From Actinomycetota bacterium (lineage in GTDB: Bacteria; Actinomycetota; Coriobacteriia; Anaerosomatales; D1FN1-002), in NCBI GenBank assembly GCA_037445995.1, contig JBBIJK010000004.1, forward strand, positions 30,451 to 94,450: a DNA stretch of 64,000 bases. Reading direction: 5' to 3'. Shown piece after piece: positions 63,222-64,000 of this stretch. Both the position numbers and the translations under genes were made by a program. The notes under the pieces were generated by a model. The model had not been told where the DNA came from. It did not search any database and worked only from the letters and a program-made list of their open reading frames with translations. Within the stretch, counting starts at the first letter, position 1. Each line of letters opens with the position of its first letter.

Positions 63222-64000
63222 CCCCGCGAGTCCCCGGCCCCTGGAGGAGGCTCGAGGTCTGACGTGTCCCCCAACGGCGCCGGAGGGTGCCGCGGGAGGC
63301 CTAGGGTGAAGGTGGACCCGGTGCCGACCTTGCTCTGCACCGTCAGAGTGCCCCCCAGCACCTCCGCGAGGCCCTTGGACAGAGACAACCCCAGACCCGT
63401 GCCGCGCGTCTTGGCGGCATCCCCGTTGTGCTCGCGGCACTGCACGAACGCCGCGAAGACGGCCTCCAGGCAGCCCTCCGCGATCCCCGGCCCGGTGTCG
63501 CGCACCCACAGCCGCACGCCGCCGTCGGGCGAGTCCTCCGCACCGATGACCACATCGCCGACGTCGGTGAACTTGACGGCGTTGCCCGCGAGGTTGAGCA
63601 GGACCTGCCGGACCTTGCGGCGGTCGGTGACCAGCTCCGGCATCGCGTCGGGAACATCCACCCGCAGGACCAGCCCGCGCTCTTCCGCAAGGGGCGCCAT
63701 CATCTCGCCTACCTCCCGCACCAGCCCGGGCAAATCGACGCTCTCGAGCTCGAGGACCGACTCGCCGGCCTCGACCTTGACCAGGTCCAGTATGTCGTCG
63801 ATCAGCTGGTGAAGGTGACGGCCGGCCACGTCGATCATCGCCACCTGGCGCGCCTGCTCCTCGTTCAGCTCTCCGGCCAAGCCTCTGCCGAGAAGCCCGG
63901 AAAACCCCACGATGGAGTTCAGGGGGGTCCGGAGCTCGTGACTGACGTTAGCGAGGAAGGTCGTCTTCGCCCTGCCGGCGGCAGCCAGCTTCCTGTTGGT
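63218..64000 (-). CDS. Sensor histidine kinase, C-terminal part (5' end beyond the right window edge)
   Basis: The frame stays open to base 64000 (TNRKLAAAGRAKTTFLANVSHELRTPLNSIVGFSGLL...) and includes the H-box, followed by HATPase_c (LNLAGNAVKFT, DTGPGI, GTGLGLSLSK). Confidence 0.8.
   Translation of the reverse strand, partial: TNRKLAAAGRAKTTFLANVSHELRTPLNSIVGFSGLLGRGLAGELNEEQARQVAMIDVAGRHLHQLIDDILDLVKVEAGESVLELESVDLPGLVREVGEMMAPLAEERGLVLRVDVPDAMPELVTDRRKVRQVLLNLAGNAVKFTDVGDVVIGAEDSPDGGVRLWVRDTGPGIAEGCLEAVFAAFVQCREHNGDAAKTRGTGLGLSLSKGLAEVLGGTLTVQSKVGTGSTFTLGLPRHPPAPLGDTSDLEPPPGAGDSRG

Noticed and set aside
1-64000. Mobile elements, CRISPR arrays, prophage or defence islands, tRNA/rRNA genes
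   Set aside because: Reading both strands, I saw no transposase, integrase or recombinase-like ORFs, no arrays of spaced direct repeats, and no tRNA-like T-arm (GGTTCGAATCC-type) or rRNA sequences. By-eye inspection cannot exclude small or degenerate elements, so tRNAscan and CRISPR finders should be run.

Overview
This is a 64-kb, very GC-rich chromosomal segment; third codon positions are almost uniformly G/C, so long shadow ORFs occur on the opposite strand of nearly every real gene. The core synteny looks Actinomycetota-like (ffs-dnaX-ybaB-recR ... ask-asd, trxB-trxA, pgi, ppk1/ppk2). The accessory content looks anaerobe-like (Ni/hydrogenase maturation, radical SAM, a hydrogenase-like sensor, a candidate selenoprotein). 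I support about 60 protein genes and one SRP RNA. I recognised no rRNA, tRNA, CRISPR array, transposase or integrase. Main blocks: (1) 2.06-10.56 kb, a single plus-strand unit nikR - nik/cbiM(+PDGLE) - Q (His-rich N-terminus) - O - Zn-ribbon ORF - hypF-C-D-E, with no hypA/hypB or hydrogenase structural genes in the window. (2) 13.3-18.8 kb, DUF485 + Na/solute symporter, USP, phosphoesterase, LytS/LytTR pair. (3) 21.0-37.4 kb, an unbroken minus-strand run containing dnaX-ybaB-recR, ask-asd, an OmpR/HK pair and two GAF-HD-GYP proteins. It also holds the most interesting unit: a four-gene operon-like cluster 25145->21040 with its own promoter-like and terminator-like elements. Its genes are a QueT-family transporter, a 2x[4Fe-4S] + [FeFe]-hydrogenase-like + GGDEF fusion, an orphan AmmeMemo/PflA-type radical SAM enzyme, and a DsbA-like ORF with an in-frame TGA at the first Cys of CxxC followed by a SECIS-like hairpin. 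(4) 37.7-49.8 kb, an eRF1-like(?) ORF + sixA, ppk1, GbsR/ABC-2 exporter, FGase / DUF1704 fragment / ATP-grasp trio, stand-alone PASTA protein, ppk2. (5) 50.4-64.0 kb, three sensor kinases, a degenerate HMA/cupredoxin membrane protein, a BMP-family ABC importer, YaiI, and a multi-TM GGDEF+HD-GYP protein. All functional calls rest on motifs I can read in the supplied translations plus gene context; no database search was run.
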